In this document: positions 42,419 to 56,440 of the stretch, piece after piece
How positions within the stretch are numbered: the stretch's first letter is position 1
Layout: the number at the start of each line of letters is the position of its first letter
From: Octopus vulgaris
Lineage: Eukaryota
Assembly (NCBI GenBank): GCA_951406725.2
Contig: OX597826.1
Span: forward strand, 35,030,001-35,094,000
Direction of reading: 5' to 3'
Length of the DNA stretch: 64,000 bases
Position numbers and translations under genes: made by a program
Notes under the pieces: model-generated
Databases searched by the model: none
What the model saw: the letters and a program-made list of their open reading frames with translations, nothing else
Told to the model about the DNA's origin: nothing

Positions 42419-42611
42419 GAAAGAATGGAGTTGAACGACGATTTAACATTCCATTCTTTCATTCATTTATTTGTATTAAAAAACACACAAATTTCCACAC
42501 GAAAGCACGTGATCTCTGCCCCTGGCATGTAGCTTCAACCGTGTTTTTCTGACGTGAATTTGCTACCCAGGTATCGGTTAACCGAATTATCCAAACTAAG
42601 ATAATTCATTC

Positions 42612-42657
<46 letters not shown>

Positions 42658-43199
42658 TTATATAATAGGGTTCAGCAAAAAAATTGCTTTACCACACACC
42701 GAACTTTTAGAAATAGCAGCCAAAGAATTTAGCTATTTCTTCTACTTTAAGAAGAGTCTCCCAGACAATGTATACTTGAAAACATTATGCGTCGGTATAG
42801 AGGGAAAATAACTGGGGACTAATTTTGTGAGCTGTTCCCCACTTGCAGGTGTTTCTGAACAAGTCGTTCATATTTGTTTCATTTTCTCCATTTGTGCATT
42901 TGTAGATTTCTCCTGAAGCAATAAACAAGCAATGAAGGCAAATGAAGCCTTCACCAGGAAACTCGTTTTGCTAAAAATAACAGCAAAAGCTATGATACAC
43001 AGAAATATGTTATTAAGACGACTTATCTGTTGCATGCGATTTTTTTTTTCACTTTAAGTAAATTCCCAGGTAAACGTTTCTAATAGAAAGGCAGAAGACA
43101 CCAGAAGCAAACATAAGGAATACATACGCACAATTAAATATAGAAGTGTAAAGCATAATTTGTTAAATAATCTTGGTTAATTTGGTAAATTTTTATATT

Positions 43200-43681
43200 A
43201 ACACACGCACGATTGTCCCTAAGAAAAAAAAAACGAATTTTTTTTTTCTTCGCGTGGGATCAAGTACCCTGCCCTCCTAGTATGCTGCAAATCCCTTACT
43301 TGAGTTCGGAAGAAGTGGGGACCCCTGCCCCATCCCAAAATCATTGGGATTTTTTTCCTTTTATTCGTTGAACGAATTCCTGTGACATCCTAGTATGCTA
43401 CAAAACCCTTTTTGGGGTCTGAAAAACGGGGTGGGGTGAGGTGGAAACCTCAGAAATTTAACCCCCACCCCATTGATCTTTTCACCTGCACGATTTTCAC
43501 AAAGGAAAAAAAATGATGAAAATCGCGCCCTAACTAATTTTTATGTGTATGGGCATGAAGAATGTGTTCTCAAGCAAAATCTCAGCTGAGATTTTGCTTG
43601 AGAACACATTCTTCACGGTAATGGCGATTTCACGTCTATGTTTAGCATATTAGGTGTCCACTTTAGGGGTCATTCCTCTTA

Positions 43682-43682
<1 letters not shown>
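43200..43682. mobile_element. GC-richer non-autonomous DNA transposon fragment (Kolobok-like right end + TTAA) containing a perfect palindrome
   Basis: Ends ggggtcattcctct-taa; internal repeat cctagtatgct(g/a)caaa x2; left end not identified. Confidence 0.45.
43556..43615. repeat. Perfect 60-bp palindrome, no spacer
   Basis: tgaagaatgtgttctcaagcaaaatctcag|ctgagattttgcttgagaacacattcttca. Confidence 0.97.
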
Positions 43683-43721
<39 letters not shown>

Positions 43722-44311
43722 CGTATGTATGTATGCATGCGTATGTATGTATGCATGTGTATGTATGTATGTATGTATGTATGTATGTATGTATGTATGT
43801 ATGTATGTATTTATGCATGCATGTATATGTATGCATGCATGTATATGTATATGTGTATATATATGTATGCATGTATATTATATATATATATATTATATAT
43901 ACATATATATGTATATGTGTGTGTGTCTATCTTTGCACCAGTGTTTGACAGGAAGTGTTGGCATGTTTACATCTCTATAACATAGCTGTTTGCAAAAGAG
44001 ACTCATACAATAAGTACTAGGTTTTAAAAGTAATTACTGGTATCAGCCACAACAAGGAAGCTGTCTAATGACTGAAACACATAAAAGATGAAAACTATGT
44101 ATGTTCATATACACATCACTGTGTGCATGTGTCTGTACATGTATGTGTAAACAAGTTAGTGTTCATGCCAATATTTCAGAGTGTAAGAATGGTTGGTTGT
44201 ATAGACGAGTCAACAGAACTGTCATAGTGTTGGATAGAATGTCTTGGGTTGTATTTGTTCCAATCCTCTCTAATCTGAAATCAAATCCTACTGAAGTCAT
44301 CTTCCTATTTC

Positions 44312-44539
44312 TATTTCTTTACCACCCACAAGGGGCTAAACACAGAGGAGACAAACAAGGACAGACAAATGGATTAAGTCGATTACATCGGCCCCAGTGT
44401 GTAACTGGTACTTATTTGATCGACCCCGAAAGGATGAAAGGCAAAGTCGACCTTGGCGGAATTTGAACTCAGAACGTAGTGGCAGACGAAATACGGCTAA
44501 GCAATTTCGCCCGGCGTGCTAACGTTTCTGCCAGATCGC
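44312..44539 (-). mobile_element. Young family-B SINE nested in an older opposite-strand copy, 14-bp TSD
   Basis: TSD catcttcctatttc at 44298-44311 and 44540-44553; CpGs retained. Confidence 0.9.
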
Positions 44540-45487
44540 CATCTTCCTATTTCATCCATCCAAGGCCATCAAATAAAGTTTCAGTCTAGTTCTGTGCTAG
44601 AATCCATTGTTTTCTCTCTCTTAGATTTCGTGATTCTGTACTGTGGGGCAGCTTAATGCCCGATTTTTCTCTAGAAATGGTAAGAATAGCCAGGTAAGGA
44701 ATTGGTAGGCATGCTCAAAGGAAAGAAAAATTCATATAGTATAAGAGCCATTGAAGAATAAACTGATGTTGCAGTAGAGAAAGGAATGGAAATAAAGAAA
44801 AAGAATGGGTGATTGTGAGAATATTTATGAGTGTGTACGTGTGTGTGTGAGGGGAGAGCTATGTGTTTGTATGTGTGTGTGGTAGTGTGTGTGTGGCTGT
44901 GTGTGGTGATATATGTGCGTAGTTATTAGACAGATATGTGTGTGTGTATGGATATATTTACCTATGTTTGTGTTAGTGTGTAATTGACCGTACAGATATA
45001 TATTTGTGTGTGTATGTGGATAACAATTCTTATCAAATATGTGTGATGGTGCATGTCAGATTTTGAGTTTGATATGTCTCACTGTGTTTGTTTGCATGTG
45101 TGTGTGTGTGTGCGTGCGTGCGCATCAGCATTTGTTCGTGTGTGTATGTGTGCAAGTTTGTGTGTGTATGGTTGGTTGAGAAGATATCTCAAGATTAGAC
45201 TATAATATTCTTCTGTTTGTCGTGTCCCAAAGGACGGTTTATATCTACAGTGCAAAGAATTCTCATCAGAATGGAAATGTTTCAGGTGAACATAGCAGAT
45301 GATAGGCACAGACACACACACACAATCGTACAAATAAATACCTATGCACAAACACACATTCAAACTTGTATGAACATACAAACAAATATTGACAAAAAGA
45401 GGAACATAGGTATATATATATATAGAAAAAAAAACTCATATATATATACAGACATGATGCACATATAACTGTAAATTGAGAGGAGTC

Positions 45488-45524
<37 letters not shown>

Positions 45525-45924
45525 TATATACATATATTTGTATACATTGGATGTACGCAAAGAAGTAATTTGTGGGAAGTGAATTAAAAACAGAAAGAAG
45601 GAAATATTGCTGAGATATATTGGGAAAAAAATTAACTCCAAAAAATCCAATGTTTGGCAGTTCTAAGCACCACTTGATATATGTGCATAAGTATGTATGT
45701 ATATATATATATATGTATATATGTGTCTATATATATATATATGTATATATATATATGTGTCTATATATATATATATATATATACATATATACATGTTTAT
45801 GTATGTATACATGTGTATGTGTGTATACATTTGTATGTATACATGTGTATGTATGTATACATGTGTATGTATGTATTCATTTGTATGTATATATACATGT
45901 GTATGTATATATACATGTGTATGT

Positions 45925-46330
45925 ATATCATCATTGTTTAATGTCCGCTTTCCATGGTAGCATGGGTTGGATGATTTGACTGAGGACTGGCGAACCAGAT
46001 GGCTGCACCAGGCTCCAATCTTGATCTAGCAGAGTTTCTACTGCTGGATGCCCTTCCTAATGCCAACCACTCCGAGAGTGTAGTGAGTGCTTTTACGTGC
46101 CAACTGCACAGGAGCCAGTCAAATGGCACTGGGAACGAACTCGCTCAAATGTTTTTTCACGTGCAACTGGCGCAAGTGCCAGTAAAACAACGCTGGTAAC
46201 GATCACGTGCGAATGGTGCATTTTACATGCTACCGGCACGGAAGCCAGTTGGCCGCTCTGGCAACGATCATGCTCGGATGTGCTCCTAGCACTCCACTAG
46301 CATGGATGCGAGTCATCGAATTTGATTTCT
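45925..46330 (-). mobile_element. RTE 3'-UTR fragment
   Basis: catcattgtttaatgtccgctttccatgg...ctggatgcccttcctaatgccaaccactccgagagtgtagtg plus repeat units. Confidence 0.88.
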
Positions 46331-46740
46331 ATATATGTGTCTATGCCTGTGTCTATTCATGTGTGTATGTATGTGTGCGTGTGTGTGTGTATGTGCGTGT
46401 GCATGTGTGTATATATGCATATATATGTGTGTATGTGTATATGCATATACGTGTATGTATGTGTATATGCATATATATATATATGTGTGTATGTGTGTGT
46501 ATATGCATATATATATGTGTATGTGTGTGTATATGCATATATATATATGTGTATGTATGTGTATATGCATATATATATGTGTATGTATGTGTATATGCAT
46601 ATATATATATGTGTATGTATGTGTATATGCATATATATGTGTATGTATGTGTATATGCATATATATGTGTATGTATAGATATATATATATATATATACAT
46701 ATATATATTACTTGAATATGTATATTTGTGTGTGTGTATG

Positions 46741-46830
<90 letters not shown>

Positions 46831-46954
46831 TATTTAAGTAGGTGAATGAATTATCCTATGTTTATCGTCATCATGGAAAATTATCGCTTTGTTTACCATG
46901 TAGGCAATCATCGAAATTTTTGTTTTGTTTGTCTTGTTGTCGAGAGAGACCCCG

Positions 46955-47039
46955 TTCTTTTCTGGTGAGAAGATTGCATAATTCATCCTTTATTCCTTTG
47001 GAATGAAAACATGCTGTCTTCGAAACATGTTTCAAGAGT
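46955..47039 (+). ncRNA. Degenerate type I hammerhead ribozyme
   Basis: ttctttt CTGGTGA gaaga.tgcat...atgc.gtcttc GAAA catgtttc aagag; one core substitution. Confidence 0.65.
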
Positions 47040-47096
47040 AAAGGAATTTTGTTAACATCTTCGTTCGACTCCATTCTTTCATTTATTCATATATAC

Positions 47097-47151
<55 letters not shown>

Positions 47152-47668
47152 TATATACATATATATGCATATATATCCACATATACATATGTAAATATGT
47201 CTATGCATATATATGTGTGTGCGTATATACTCTTTACTCTTCTACTTGTTTCAGTGTGTTTCGGTGGTCATGCTGGAGCACTGCCTTTAGTCAAGTAAAT
47301 CGACTCCAGGATTTATTCCTTGTAAGCCTAGTACTTATTCTATCAGTGTCTTTTACCGAACTGCTAAGTTACGGCAAATACACCAGCATCCGTTGACAAC
47401 CGGCGTTGGGGGGTCAAACACAGACACACAAACATATACACACTTCTTCCAGTTTCTGTCTACCAAATCCACTCAGAAGACACTTGCACAAGTTGCAATG
47501 CAGTGGGAAGGAACCTGGAACCATGTGGTTCTTAAGCAAGCTCTTTACCACACATCCACTCCTATGCCTATATATATGTGCATGTTTATGTGTGCATGTA
47601 TATGTAAATGTATGTAGGTGCATATATATATATATATTTATAATAAGATTAGCTCGTATACGAGTGGG

Positions 47669-48337
47669 TATATATTTGTAAAAAACGAAGTTTGAAAATG
47701 CTGCTATATTAGACAAATTTTAATTTTTAACATGTTTCGGTTCTTGAAATGACGAACCTTATCGAAAAAATTATATATAATAAAGGGAGTTCATGCTATA
47801 TGTTTAAAGAGTATGATGTAATAGTTCATAATTGTGACATATATTCAATAGAGACAAATATAAAAAATTCATATATAATAAAGGGAGTCCATGCTATATG
47901 TTTAAAGAGTATGATGCACCAAAATTATGCGAACAGACACCGACCAAAAATCATTACTGTTGCTCCCATTGGAACACAAGGTAAAATCTAAAATGAACTC
48001 CTTGCCTTTTCAAGAACATGAATTTTTTTATATTTGAATGTATGTCACAATTATGAACTACTACATCATACTCTTTAAACATATAGCATGGACTCTCTTT
48101 ATTATATATGAATTTTTTATATTTGACTCTATTGAATATTATATATGAATTTTTTATATTTGACTCTATTGAATATATGTCACAATTATGAACTATTACA
48201 TCATACTATTTAAACATATAGCATGAACTCCCTTTATTATATATAATTTTTTTGATAAGGTTCGTCATTTCAAGAACCGAAACATGTTAAAAATTAAAAT
48301 TTGTCTAATATAGCAGCATTTTCAAACTTCATTTTTT

Positions 48338-48348
<11 letters not shown>
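47669..48348. mobile_element. Fold-back element (~250-bp arms, internal ~105-bp tandem units) with a decayed hammerhead in each arm
   Basis: Arms near-identical inverted; right arm 48245-48295: aattttt TTGATAA ggttc..gaacc GAAA catgtt aaaaatt. Confidence 0.82.
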
Positions 48349-48378
<30 letters not shown>

Positions 48379-49318
48379 CATATGGATATGTATATAGGAG
48401 TGTGTGTACATGCGTGCATGCCCCTGTGTGTTTAGTCTTGAATGTAGAAGAAAAACTGGATTTTCACAGCAGGATTTGAAACAGAATTTATTAATACTTG
48501 AGAAATGCAATCGCCTCAGACGTCAGTGATTTATAATCCAGATCTCATGTGAAACATTAAATGCGAAGTATAAGTATATAAGACAGGCAAGCGGCCGAAA
48601 AGCTTCAATCTGGGGTTGTTGCAATTGATGTAATTGTCTGGAATTTGGGATTCAGAAACTGTGCAGAAGACAGTTACACATATGAATATCACCATCATTT
48701 TCATCATCATTATTGTCATCATCATCAATCGCTATCTTCATTTTTACTCTCATATTCCCCTGCTCGCACTTTTTGAGCAAAGCGTGTTGAAGTAGATATT
48801 CCACGTCAGGAAGTGCTTCCTGTTGCCAACCCTCACCTTTTTTCCAATCAAATTAGCATATAAAATTAGCTCAGGATCAGACTTCTTATTTCAGAGGGAT
48901 ATTAGAAAAGAATAACAGCCATTTACAATAATCAGGTGATGCTGGGGGAGAAACACAAACATATATAATCTCACTAAAACATGCAAATATATACATACAT
49001 AAATACACAAATATATATATTTACACAAACACATGCACACACGTAATTACGTATATCTTTATGTATATAAAATTAGTGTACATTTGAACACAAAAGAGGT
49101 GACCCTAACAGGACACCTAACATGCCAGAAGCCGCAGTCAAAATCCAAACCCCGGTTAGGGGTAATTTCGAAAGGAATGGCAACTAAAACCACTTGCCAT
49201 ATTTCGTTACCAGACCATGGTTTCGAACTTTAATTTGCAAAGGAAATAATTTGCTAGGCGAAGTTCTCATCAGCAGGTGTACGAAAGATTAACATATAAT
49301 TATGAGGCAGAATAGCAC

Positions 49319-49354
<36 letters not shown>

Positions 49355-49685
49355 GCACATATTATTTATAACATTTGCATGGCACCTTGGGCAAAGTATC
49401 TCCTGCTATAGTCTGAAGTGAACCAGAGCCTTGTGTGTGGAGTTGGTAGACAGAAACTGAAAGAAGCCCATCATGAATGTGTGTGTGTGTTTGTCCCCAC
49501 CACTGCTCGACAACTGGTTTTGGTGCATTTATGTCCCCACAACAGTTCAGCAAAAATACCTATAGACGGAGTACCAGGCTTAAAATGAAAATAAGTGCTG
49601 CAGTCAATTCGTTTAACGAAAATTCTTGAAGGCGGTACCACAACATGGTCGCTGTCCAATGACTGAAACAAGCCAAAGATAAATG

Positions 49686-49717
<32 letters not shown>

Positions 49718-49720
49718 GAA

Positions 49721-49765
<45 letters not shown>

Positions 49766-49791
49766 TGCAGCAGTGGCTGTGTGGTAAGTAG

Positions 49792-51281
49792 ATCGCTTCT
49801 GCGCATGCAGCGGGTTAATATGCTGTGTTGAGTTTTGACGAGATGGACGGAATTTTTTTAGCTGCTCGCCAGTGGTTTGTTGCTGAGTGTTGTACTAAAG
49901 GAAAAGAATGTATTCAGACCTTAGCGAGTATGAACTATTCTCATCAGAGGAGGAGCTCGTTAAGGCGGTAAACAGAATGGACGAGCATTTGGAAAGAGTA
50001 AAACGTTTTGATGAGGCGGCAGAGGTAAAGAAAAATGAAGTAGACCTAACCGGACTGAAGGAGCTGAGTAAGATGACACAGAAGGTGGGAAGTGATGTAA
50101 AGTTATTACCCCCGAAAAGGGTTATGGTAAATATGGAAAAGAAGACTATTACCTACAAGGTGCACTCAGTGGAGAGTAGGAAGGTGGAGCAGATGGAGAA
50201 GGAAGTAAGATATATAGCAAAAGGAAGCGGATATGGGACGGTGGTTGTCCAGTTTAGGATAGAAGAGGAAGCAAAGAGGTTGGCGAGTACAACTGTAAAA
50301 AACTGAGGAACTAGTACTTCTACCCACCTATCTTGGAAGGAAGACTTCTAAGGTGAGGGTAGAAGAAATTCCACCTGACATAGAAATGGCTTGGGTTGCG
50401 GCAGCCGTCGTTGTTGGAAGTGTGGAGGAGGTGGCTGTCCTCCAAGACACAAATACAGAGGAAGGAGGCTATAAAGGAAAAATATCGTAAATGATCATAC
50501 AAGCGGAGGCGAAGGAGCTGGAAAATTTGGTTGAAAGGTAACGATGGGAGAAATAGTATTGAGAGTATGGGTAGAGGTCAGAATTCCGCGATGTTTTAAA
50601 TGTGGCCAAAAAGGACACATTAGAGCACACTGCCCTCTACAGAAGCAAACAGTAGAGGAAAAAACAGATGAACCAGTTCTCGAGACAAAGGAGAAAAAAG
50701 AGGATGAAAATGAAGACAGACGAAAGGAGGAAGAATGGATATTAGCAGACAGTAGAAGGAAGAAAAGGAAGAAAAGAAAGTGTGATATGGTACCCCAGTC
50801 CAACTCCATCCCACCCAAGATCACTCAGACCCACCCACCCCATACAGACACCAGACCCACCCGCCCCATACAGAAACCAGACCCACCCACTCCCTTTCCC
50901 CACAAGAACAAAAGAAAAAGTAAAAAGAGCAGACACCACAGAATTTAGAAAACCCCTCCCCCGGTGAATAAGGTTGCGAAAGAATGTTGTCATTGAGCGA
51001 TAGCGAGAGTGGAAATAGAAGGACTAGACCAGAAACTAAAGACGAATTAGGACTCAAAGGCAGTGAGTGGTGTTACTCAGTGTGGGGTGAGTAGCACACT
51101 CTTCATATTTTCATTTGCAGATATCATGCATGTTGTCATAAACTTAATTTATTTTCTCATGTACATTTTCATGTCACTCACAGTATCATTTTATTTTTAC
51201 ATATTTTTAATTGTTATATGTCCTCACATGTTTTTGTAGTGTCCCCTTATGTAATGCCTTTATGGCAAAATAATTGAAATA
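49792..51281 (+). mobile_element. ORF1-only (gag-like, CCHC knuckle) non-autonomous L1/Tx1-type retroelement inserted in a SINE head
   Basis: Frameshifted ORF from ATG 49908 through RRM-like segments (TVVVQFRIEEEAKRL; SKVRVEEIPPDI) to CFKCGQKGHIRAHC; T-rich 3'UTR ending AATAAA; approximate TSD aagtag/aagcag; SINE sequence resumes at 51282. Confidence 0.8.
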
Positions 51282-51304
51282 AAGCAGCTTTCTTACCAAC
51301 CATT

Positions 51305-51400
51305 GCCATTTTGTCACAAATTGTTCGTCTAAATGCTCTTCTCACAAATAGCACGATTTATTCTTGGTCAGAGGCATTTGTAAACCGAGGTACTACTGTA
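51305..51400. mobile_element. Terminal fragment of a Tigger/pogo-type element
   Basis: Ends aaccgaggtactactg + TA. Confidence 0.55.
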
Positions 51401-52329
51401 TGCATCCTCATCATCAATATCCTCATCATCGTCATTTGATGTCCATCTTCCATGTATGCATGTGCAGGATATGAATTACAACAGTAGCTAGTCGCTATTT
51501 AAAACCAAAAGACACAACTACAATTGGCACTAAAGTGACTAAGAGTAGAAGTGAGCACCAACATTGCTAGAAATAAGAGTTAAAACAACCCTTAGTCAAG
51601 GGCAGAGCATTGTCTATTGACTGACAAGGGAGGCAACCTCCGTATAGCAAGTGACAGTGTCAGATCACTGGTGATGCTACTCCATTGCCTAGAGTTAAGC
51701 TAACTTGCATTTTATATATATACACATACACACACAACGACCTCAAAACCTCAAGAGTAATCAAGAGAAACAGAGATAGGCAGAAATAAGGAAAATGCCC
51801 CTTGTATTTGAATACTTTTAAAAAACTTCTTAAGTTTTCCAAAATTTGTTGAAAATGTCTCAATAACCTGAAACCGGTACTGAAATGTTTTTTATAAAAT
51901 TATTTTAGCATTTTCTACCTTGACTTTTTCTCCATATATATATATGCCAACTCGTGTGTTCCTTTTCAATCTTCTACATACATATACATGTAAATGTTTA
52001 TTACCTCTAACAGTTTATACTCCAGTTACACACATCATTGCTTCACACACATCTGGTCCAGTGGTGTTTCTGCAGCAAAATAAATCCAGTGCAATTGGTT
52101 GAATGTAAGGTTGCTAGTAGTGTTTAGTCTTAATGAGGAGGATTAGACCTGTTGTGTGTTGCTACCACAGACAATGTACATCCTGTTAAGTGGTCAGTAT
52201 TATTAGAGAACTAATGCCAACCATTTTACATTCACAAATAAGGAAAGGAAAGGAAATTTTAAAGTAGGGTGTGGTCCCTTGATCCATTTATAAGGGAGTC
52301 CAATCAATCAAAGATGCGTAAGTGGATCC

Positions 52330-52875
52330 AAATGACAAAGATGATGATTATTATAATGATGATGAGGAGGTGGAGGATGAAGGAAGATAATGACAAGAAT
52401 GATGAGTATGATGATGATGATGACAACAGTGATGATATGATGAGGATGACAATGGGGAGATAAAAAATTATAATGGCAACGATGAGGAGGAGGGGGAGGG
52501 GGAAGATTCAATGCGGATGGTGTGAAGGAGGAGCTACCACGATAATGATGTCGAAGATGATGAGGAAGATAATGGTGACGATGATGATGATGAAAACGAC
52601 GATGATAATGATGGTGATTATGATGATAAGGATAAAGATGATAATGATGGTGATGGTCATTACGATAGTGATAACGATGGTGAATATGATGAGGAGGAGG
52701 ATGACGATGATGAGGATGAAAATGACAATAACACCACTGATCAATGATCACCGTAATGATGACGATGAAAAAAGGAAATGATGCTTATGCTGGTGATGAA
52801 GATGATGATGCTACTGACAATAATAATGGTGATGATAATGTTGTTGATGATGATGATGATGACAATGATGTCGAT
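52330..52875. repeat. Degenerate (GAT)n trinucleotide tract (others at 8460-8815, 17060-17290, 31900-32100)
   Basis: Directly visible. Confidence 0.95.
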
Positions 52876-53431
52876 TACAATATACTTTTATCACGAACAA
52901 CATGTATGTTATATTCATATTTTAATGTGTATTTCTAATATATTGCATAAGTTTGTACAAGTTGTAATGTCGAGACAGTACATAGCAAGACATAATAATG
53001 TTCTTCTCAATTCTAATGTCGTAAATTGGCTAACCCAATACCTGAGATCTGACTTTGCCATTTCCTGCTGTGTCTGCATAGATCTTTGGAATATTGTCTA
53101 CTTTTACCAAAACATAATAAAATATTGAAATTTATATAAATACACAAGTACACAAATGAGAAAAAAGAAATTTTTTTTTCAAAAACATTGCAGAATAGAA
53201 ACAAGGTCATCCATACTTGATACTAGAAACCCAGTAAATCTTTTGTGTACAGTTTTGTCTATAAAATATATTTCAAATCAATATCTTTACTCAAACAAAC
53301 ATCGACATTGCTCATATGCATATAGGAATGTGTGAGAGTGAAAAACACACACACACATATATATATATATACTATGTATGTTGTGCACATGCTTGTATGT
53401 ATGTTTCCACTTGTATGTATATATGTATGTA

Positions 53432-53491
<60 letters not shown>

Positions 53492-53761
53492 TACACATGC
53501 ACATATGCATATGCATATTATATATATAACAAATATAAATTTATATATATATGTTTAAATGTATAAATATATATTTATGTATATATGTGTGTATTATATG
53601 TGTGTGTGTATATTTATATATATATATAGAGAGAGAGATAGATAAATACATTGGTGCATAGATATAAACACACAACTATATATAGATAGATATATATAGA
53701 TATATACACACATATATATGTGTCATGTGTATATATATCCATACACACATATTTATGTACC

Positions 53762-53793
<32 letters not shown>

Positions 53794-54306
53794 TTACATA
53801 TGTATAGCTATCTATTTATCTATATCTTTATCTACATTTATCTACATTTATATATATATATATATATATACTTGTCTCTATCTGTTTTGTTTGATATTTC
53901 AGACGTCTCTATCTGGTGTTTATATAGCCTGAGAAGAGATCAGTTTATTGTTATGAATTCAATAAAAGAATTTTAATTTATGTAGCTGTCTCTATTTGAA
54001 AACAACTAGAATTTAGTGTATCTCAAACAATTGTTGAACCTTATATGGACATTCCATGGCATGTATGACAAGTCTGGAACTGAATGGAGTCAGTGTTCTT
54101 TCCTGAAAGAAGTATATAACATACATATATATACAAGTGTATGAATGTGTGTGTATACACATATACTTATAAATATCGATGTATTAATGTATGTTTATAT
54201 CTCTCTCTTTTTCTCCCCTTGTTTCTCTGCGTATATATGTGTATATATATATATATAATGTATATATCAACATACACGTGTATGTAGAAATATAATTTTT
54301 AGGTCA

Positions 54307-54497
54307 TTATTAAGCTATATACACATATAAGCACACACCTAAACACACATACAGACACGCACACATATACATACAAACATACATACATATGTACATATAT
54401 ATCTTATTAAGCTATATACACATCTAAGCACACACCTAAACACACATATAGACATGCACACATATACATACACACATACATATGTACTTATATATAC
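54307..54497 (+). repeat. ~97-bp tandem duplication in low-complexity DNA
   Basis: ttattaagctatatacacat.taagcacacacctaaacacacata occurs twice. Confidence 0.85.
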
Positions 54498-54840
54498 CTG
54501 TAATATACACTTTCCCTTTCTCTGTTTCAGTATGCCTATCAGTTTTCTAAAATCCTTGTTTGCTTCAAATAGTATTTTTCTCAGGAAAATATTTTTAAAA
54601 TATAAGCAAAGATTTTGTTATGTGACTTAACCAATTTTCTTGTTTTTCCCAGAATATTATATATTTTTTCAAACATTTTATTTAATTGTTTTGCACACTT
54701 GTTTTTTGACTGATTTCCCTGACACTATTTCATACTTCTTATTTTCCTTTAAATATCACACACACGCACACACACACACACACATACACACACACACACA
54801 CATACACACACACATATATAAACATATATACTTAGTCATA

Positions 54841-54896
<56 letters not shown>

Positions 54897-54968
54897 TACA
54901 CATATATATACATATGTATATATATATACATACGTATATAGATAGATGGATAGACATTGATACAAATG

Positions 54969-55013
<45 letters not shown>

Positions 55014-55621
55014 GTATGTGTGTGTGTGTATGTATGTATGTGTGTGTGTATGTAAAAAGAAAATTTCATACATATATCTGTACCTATATTTACACACACA
55101 TATGTACATACATGTGCCTGTGTGTGTAGTTGCCATGAACTAGTCTGATATGTAGAGTAAGAAATGCCTAGGAAACGGAATGAAGGAAAAGAAGAAAAAA
55201 AATTTCAAATTGGTTTCATATTAAGTTACGTCCTGAAATTTTACTATCTAAGAGATAATAACTCTTTTACAAAAACTGTGTTTTATATTGAGAGGAAAAA
55301 CAAAAATTTTATAATTTTTTACGAGTTGCTTCTGTTTTCATTTTTTGTCATTATTCTTATTATCATTGATATTATTGTTGTCATAGTTGTTATTTTTCTC
55401 TTGTTGGTTACCCCTGTCGATGTTGCTGCTGCTGTTGAAGGTGAATGTTGCAATCGTAGTGGTGGTCGTATTATCACCATCAACTTCACCATCAGTCATC
55501 ATCATCATCATCTCCTACCTCTTCATGTCCTTCAACAGCACCGTTAATAAGAATGAAACACAAATTATAACTATGCACATGTCATTATTAAAAAATACTC
55601 ATCTTAAATATACATACATAC

Positions 55622-55700
<79 letters not shown>

Positions 55701-56440
55701 TACTTGTGAGTGTGCATGTGTGAGTGTATTTGTGTGTATTTTTTTTATCTCTTTGCTAAACAATTTTTAACATATTTCTTGTAACTATTTTTGATTTAAC
55801 TAGCCCTAATTTATTGGTTACAAAATTATTTTCAGAATATAATCAGTTCAAAAACGAAACAGAAATAGCATTTAGAAACCATGAAGAAAATTCTTGAAAT
55901 ATATTGAGTTTAAGAATATAATAGAAAATAATGAATGACTATAGGAAGGAGAAAATGAGCAGCGTTTTTTAGAACTTTATTCCAATATTTCTTCAAGAAA
56001 TATTGGTTTTAAATTTTGGCACAAGACTATCAATTATGAGGAGATGGTAAGTGGATTACATTGGGACCTGGTACTCAACTGGTGCTTGTTTTTGCGACCC
56101 TGAGAGAATGAAGGAGAAAGTTGATGTTGGTGGATTTGGAACTCAGAAATTCTTTGACTAATATTGGTTTGCTCGAATGCCAGGTGAAACACTTCGGTAT
56201 TTCGTCTGTTGGTATTTCGTTCTGAGTTCAAATTCCACCATGGTTGACTTTGCCTTTCATCCTTTTAGGGTCGATTAAATAAGTACCAGTTATGCAGTCA
56301 ACTTAATGCCTTTGTCTGTCCTTCTCTGTCCTTAATCTCTTTATCTGTCTTTGTTTGTCCCCGCTATGTTTAGCTCCATGTGGACAATAAAGAAATAAAT
56401 ACTGATTTATTTTTTGTGCTCTAGATGACAGTTTGTCAGG

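Noticed and set aside
44625-45285. Two plus-strand exon-like segments (FRDSVLWGSLMPDFSLEM / DGLYLQCKEFSSEWKCF), and a terminal-exon-like segment at 55836-55897
   Set aside because: Splice signals are plausible, but there is no recognisable protein or coherent gene model without transcript data.
52269-52938. Met/Asp-rich and His-rich ORFs resembling low-complexity structural proteins (also 8395-8907, 16952-17350)
   Set aside because: Degenerate (GAT)n tracts, with no reflectin-type or other conserved motif and no exon support.
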